Part shown: positions 58,773 to 64,000 of the stretch, one piece after another | How positions within the stretch are numbered: position 1 is the first letter of the stretch | Layout of the letters: the number at the start of each line of letters is the position of its first letter | DNA from: Zygnema circumcarinatum SAG 698-1b | Taxonomy: Eukaryota; Plantae; Zygnematophyceae | DNA length: 64,000 nucleotides | Direction of reading: 5' to 3' | Assembly (NCBI GenBank): GCA_037447605.1 | Contig: CM074810.1 | Coordinates: 1,708,880 to 1,772,879 of the forward strand | Position numbers and translations under genes: made by a program | The notes under the pieces: model-generated | Database searches by the model: none | Seen by the model: only the letters and a program-made list of their open reading frames with translations | What the model was told of the DNA's origin: nothing

Positions 58773-59218
58773 TCACATGCTCTGCCCGTTAAATCCACAG
58801 TTGACGGGGTTCTGCGCACACCACTTCATTTGACTCACGCGAGCGTTCCCCGCCCAAGTATTGTATGCGCTATTGCCAGTTCTGAAGCAGCCCGCTCCCC
58901 AACAATTCGGGCAGCCAGGACACGTGGAGTCTTTGGAGCAGTCGTACGGAGGGGGGCCTGAACACGTGGTGGCAACTGCATAGCAAGCCACGTGTCAGAC
59001 GGATGTGGCAGGCAGTAGACATGTGGCAGGCAGTGAGAGAGAAGGAGAGGATAGGTTTGGGTATTACATGATGAAATTTGCAACAGCTGGCGAGAATTTG
59101 CCTCCACGGCGGGCGGGGAGGCGAGGAGGAGGCATGCGGCCAGTAGGAGAGGGAGGAGGAGACGGAAAACGAGGGGGAGAGAGAGGGAGCGAGAGAAGGT
59201 CGGAGGACGGGTCGCCAT
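58773..59218 (-). CDS. Small secreted cysteine-rich peptide precursor, 117 aa, unknown family; exons 59218-59068 and 58975-58773
   Basis: Exon 1 encodes MATRPPTFSRSLSLPLVFRLLLPLLLAACLLLASPPAVEANSRQLLQISS. A 92-nt phase-1 GT-AG intron (T|GTAAT...TATGCAG|TT) joins it in frame to ATTCSGPPPYDCSKDSTCPGCPNCWGAGCFRTGNSAYNTWAGNARVSQMKWCAQNPVNCGFNGQSM*. Confidence 0.72.
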
Positions 59219-61223
59219 GGAGGACGAGGGATGGAGGACAATCGAGAAAGAAGAAGATAGTGAGAGAGGGAGCGAGAGAGGGAGAGAGGGAGAGCGAGAG
59301 AGGGAGAGAGAGGGAGCGAGAGAGGGAGAGCGAGAGAGCGAGTGGTGGTAGTGGAGAGAGGATCGAGAGTTTAGTGATGGAAGTGTGGGGAGCGCGCCGA
59401 CTATTTGTCGACCGCCGATGTCGCGTCACGTCATGTCCTGTCATGTCACGCTCCCGCGGCCGTTTTCGCTTCTGTGCGCCCGTCCGCATTCTGTCGTCCG
59501 TACGGCGACGCTTTCCGTCAGTTCGGTCTGAACCGCCGGCGTACGATCAACCGAGAATGACCGGCTGAGCGGTCGTACGAACTGAAGTCACGTAGACGCC
59601 TCCGCTAAACGACGACGGTACCCGCCAGAAAGGACGGTATTTACGGAGATCGTACCGTGTACGGTCACATTGCAGCCACGTGTTCGCTTTTCATTGGGTT
59701 AACCTGCATAGTTTGTACCGGTCCCAGAAACTGCCAAAAGTTTTTTAACTTTTCGAATTCCGACGGTCCAAAGGCGCAAGGGCGCGGGCGGTCGCAAAAA
59801 AAACGTATCGCCGCACATGTGAGTGACGGCTCTCCACATTCCGGGGAGGGAAGCTTTTAGGCTTCAACGGGCAGAAGGGCCCTCGATAAAGTCACGGATT
59901 ATTTGTTAGGAACTTAGGCAGAAGAGACGTTAAAGTAAGATATTTTTTCCGTGAGCAAAAGCGAGGATTGGCTCCGCCTTAGTGACCTAAGAGAGAGATG
60001 GAGAGGCGAGGAGGGCGAGGAGAGGGCGGGACGGGGATAGAGGGAGGGAGGGTGAGAGAGTGCGGAAGGGACAGAGAGAGGGAGGGAGGAGGGTGGAGGG
60101 AGGGAGGGAGGAGGGTGGAGGGAGGGAGGGAGGAGGGTGGAGGGAGGGAGGGAGGGAGGAGGGTGGAGGGAGGGAGGGAGGGAGGAGGGTGGAGGGAGGG
60201 AGGGAGGAGGGAAGGAGGAGAGGGATGAGAGGAGTGGGATGGAGAAGGGAGGGAGGAGAGGAGAGGGCGGGAGGGAAGGAGGGAGGGAGGGAGGAGGGAG
60301 GAGAGGGAGGGAGGGAGGAGAGGGAGGGAGGAGAGTAGTGGTAGGGAGGAGGGAAGTGAGAAGAGGGAGGGAGGAGGAGCATGCGGGCGGAAGGCTTGCA
60401 CTGGGAAAGGAGTGGATAGGGAGGAGGGCAGAGGAGGGTCAAGAAAGGAGAGTTCCAGAAGGCTTGGAAAGGAAAAGAGAAGGAGAGACTGTGAGAAGGG
60501 AGAGTAGCACGGATTCAGAGGGAAAGTATGGGAGACGGTAGGAGAAAGAAAGAACGAGACAGGTTGGTCCTCTCTTTCTTCAGAGTTGGAACTTCAACCT
60601 TATGCATGCCATGCAACATGCACCAACTGATGAGGACATGTCTATGGTAAAATTAGAAGGCATGACATGGGGCAACATGGCAAAAACGAACGACATTGTT
60701 TCACACATAGTTTAGTTGATTAAAGTTCAGGCAAATTCATTCCATTTCATTTCATTTCATTTTCTCCACTTATCTCATTTTGATTACAAAATGGGATCAA
60801 AAAACTTCCCATACACCTGTAAAACTGCTCAAGGTGAACCACTAGGGTCGAGGGTCACCGGTCTTCCCCTCTCTCTCAGAGCCACTACCGCTATCTCCTG
60901 CCAATCTCCAGCCAATCTCCTCTCTTCCCCCCTTGTGAAGACACCTCGTTGTACCGCCTCTTTGAAAACAACCTCATGAAAACCTAAAGAAAGTTGCACC
61001 CTTTTAACTGATAAACGTTTATTATCCCTAACTAAAGGTCTCCCCCCAAAACGAGACGGTGCTCACAACAGCCCCTCCCCCCCCCACCCCCCGCCTCGCT
61101 CCAACACTCTCTCTCTCCCTCTCTTTCTCTCTCACACACTTTCTTTCCCCGTCTCTCTCTCTCTCTCTCTCTAAAGGATGAACATTAGCCACATGAACCA
61201 ATATATGTCGTCAAATCGGCCCT

Positions 61224-62513
61224 TCACTGCCCTGCATAGTCTGCCCGGGCAAACTTCTCCTCTGGGTAGTAAAGGGCGATCACGGAATTGCCTCCAAATT
61301 TTCGCCCATTCAAAGACTGCTTTGCTTTTTGNNNNNNNNNNNNNNNNNNNNNNNNNNNNNNNNNNNNNNNNNNNNNNNNNNNNNNNNNNNNNNNNNNNNN
61401 NNNNNNNNNNNNNNNNNNNNNNNNNNNNNNNGTTCTTCAAAACTCACCTACCTTAACTCCTGCCATTATCAAGGCAAGGAACATCTACCATGCAAAACCA
61501 CAGACAAACCGTGCTCCTTATGCAGAAATTCCCACCTCTCCAACACGTTTAACGATAGGTTCCCCTTCATACTACGTTCAAGGGCTCTCTTTCTTTTCTC
61601 TCCCTCCCTCTCTTACCGTTATCTCTCTCTCTCTCTCACCTGTGCTAAACAAACCACCTTCGTTGGAATTTCGGGCATGCCGCCTCCCATTCCGGGAAGT
61701 CCCGGCATTACCGGTCCTCCCAAACCGGACATCATTCCGGGCACATTTAAGCCCATAGAGCCGAGTGGGAGAGTGTTTGCTCCGCTTGCAGATAATGCGA
61801 GTCTCTGCAGCAAGGAGAAGGAGAGCAGGAGAAGGAAAGGAGGAGAAGAAGAGCAGGAGAAGGAGAGCAGGAGAAGGAGAGCAGGAGAAGGAGAGCAGGA
61901 GAAGGAGAACATGAGATTTACTACCGGGAAGGGGGGAAAGCGACGTGACATCTACATATAGCATCCTCTCGGCTTTTCGCAGAGGGGTAGTGAAGTAGCA
62001 GCGCTGACACTAGCAAGGTATTTGAATATTCACGTTTTCTCCTCTCTCTTCTCTCGCCTTTCCTCTCTTCTCTTTCCTCCAAAGTCCAACTTTTGCTCCT
62101 GGGGTTGCAATTGAAACTGAAGCAATCACTGAAACAGAAATTATAGCTACAACTGCAATTGAAACCGAGACTGAAACTGAAACTGAAACTGAAATTGAAA
62201 CTGAATGACTCCTTTTGATTTTACATGTCAGTTCCCTTACCGAGAGAGCGATCTGCTGCTGCGCTTGCGCGAGGACGTTAGCCTGATCAGGTTTGGGTTG
62301 TCCACTGCAGCTTCAAAATGCCACTCCAAAAAAGAAGGTTAAGCCAGCCATCTGCTTTAAAGGAAAGGAAAAAAAGAATGTAGCACCACATGGTTTTACA
62401 TCACAGTACAGTCAACTCAACACCATCGCTGCCCCCTCTCTCCCTCCCCCCCCCCTCTCTCTCTCTCTCTCGCTTTCTCTCTCTCTCTTTTTTTCTCTCT
62501 CTCTCTCTTTTTT

Positions 62514-62559
<46 letters not shown>

Positions 62560-64000
62560 AGTGCTCTGTCTCATCACTCTTCCTATCTTACTCACCCCTC
62601 TATCTTCCTCTCTCTCTTTTTTTTTTGCTACATCATAGAGAAAAAGATGCGAGTCAGGATTCCTAAACACCTCACACTACTACTACAGCATACTCAGCGA
62701 CTGCTGAAAATCTCCACAGAATGCATTATGTAGCCTGTTCAACCAATTTCTCCCTCCTATCAATCAATCATCTATCTATCCATCTATCCATCTATCCACT
62801 TATCAAACATCTCACGTACAGTACGGAACCTGCAAGGAGGAGAACAGAACACATAAAAGCACTGACCTTGCAGTGGCCCGTCTGACTGTCAAAACCTTAT
62901 CTCCCATTTTCATTCCGTTCAAAGCAGCGCAGGCAATGTCTGTTACATTTGGATCCTGTACACATAGTAAAAAGTTCAAGTTCAAAGGCTAAATAAGAAG
63001 CCAGTGGAGAATACGGAGTCAAGTTTTCCTCTTAAATCGGGAGGAAATGGGCAGAAGGCATAAAATGTGTGACAAAAATGAAAACTATCAAGGAGCATGA
63101 CATGCATACCTCTTCCCGTTTTTGAAGCATAGATGACTTGTAAGGATTATTGAACTTTTACTTTGCGATTGTTCTTTATGGTGTACATTTGTGAGAGGAG
63201 AGTTCTTACTTGGTATACACAAAACCCGTAACCTTTGGAGTTTCCAGTGTCTCTGTCCTTGACGAGGTCAAAGGCACGAAGGGGTCTGCAAGTATCAAAC
63301 CACAACTCCACCACTCAATTCTAATAAGGTCCCAAAGTTGTGAAGAAAAAAACGTAAGAAAAACAACGCAGATAATGAAAAGGAAAAGAGGAAGATGTGA
63401 AGGAAAAAGCGAGTTTGACTGAAGACTGAAGTGAAGTCTATGAGGAGGGAGCAATGGGTTTCTTTTGTCTGCTGTAAAGGAGAGGAGGATGGTAGGGATA
63501 ACCTCACCCAAAAGAGGAAAGGAGTTCCTTGATTTGCTCTTCCGTGAGGTAGTACGGAAGTCCTCCAACAAAGATTCGATCTGGGCCGTCCGCTCCTCCC
63601 GCTGCGCTTCTGAGAGACCAAAAAGGAAAAGAAAAAGAAAAAGAAGTGATAGCTGAACATTAGTACAAACTAAATCTAAAATTCATATTGCGCAAATCCT
63701 GCCACAATTTATGTGAGGGAGAGAGCGAGACCGAGAGAGTGAAAAAAATGAATAGAAACGCTATCAAGAAAGGACTACACCACCATTTGCTTGCTATACC
63801 AAATCCCTCTCTCATGATGATAAACACAAGAATCTTGCAGTTTCATAATAGGAATATGCAGATAGGTTGGGTTTGAGGATCAGGCTGGTCAATACCCGGG
63901 AGTGAGTCCTACTGCAGCTAAGTTAAGATGTGGACTTGGTTGACTCGGGCCAAGGGTGGCAGCCATAGAGGGGTTGTAGTCGCTGGGCCGGCGAACTCGC
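61224..64000 (-). CDS. U2AF65: U2 snRNP auxiliary factor large subunit, 3' part; exons 64000-63896, 63609-63508, 63285-63210, 62955-62867, 62304-62241, 61804-61640, [100-N gap 61332-61431], 61331-61224
   Basis: RVRRPSDYNPSMAATLGPSQPSPHLNLAAVGLTPG|..DRIFVGGLPYYLTEEQIKELLSSFG|PLRAFDLVKDRDTGNSKGYGFCVYQ|DPNVTDIACAALNGMKMGDKVLTVRRA|...PTKVVCLAQ|...LNGRKFGGNSVIALYYPEEKFARADY (RRM2 and UHM). Confidence 0.96.

Noticed and set aside
58188-58961. Plus-strand ORFs 58188-58664 and 58692-58961
   Set aside because: No homology cues; they overlap or lie downstream of the better-supported minus-strand Cys-rich peptide gene, probably as its antisense or 3' UTR.

Overview
Gene-dense, intron-rich eukaryotic DNA from a streptophyte plant lineage, most likely a charophyte green alga or another non-seed plant. 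This is inferred from a HIP-type aquaporin, CGLD27, an F-box/PP2 protein, plant-type cathepsin B, NTAN1 and U2AF65, and telo-box motifs. Exons were assembled by hand from GT/GC-AG boundaries. Ordinary genes: cathepsin B (+, 11 exons including a 5-nt micro-exon), an F-box/PP2-like gene (-), partial NTAN1 (+), the first exon of an OCA/PFA-DSP-like phosphatase (-), a HIP aquaporin (-), RBX1 (+), CGLD27/Ycf36 (-) and partial U2AF65 (-). The standout feature is four diverged paralogous genes for secreted, ~680-aa, CPAF-like, fungal-type S41 serine peptidases (13.9-19.5, 30.0-33.0, 37.2-40.2 and 41.6-45.0 kb). All four keep the catalytic motifs and share the same intron phases. A two-exon orphan gene for a small secreted 8-Cys peptide with an RQLL processing motif lies at 58.8-59.2 kb. 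Introns are packed with homopurine/homopyrimidine microsatellites. The 46.4-52.6 kb interval is an island of non-autonomous TIR elements and tandem repeats. Three 1.3-1.6 kb identical duplications flanking 10-N gaps are probably assembly artefacts, and two 100-N gaps hide parts of genes. Most ORFs in the supplied track are spurious translations of CT/GA repeats.
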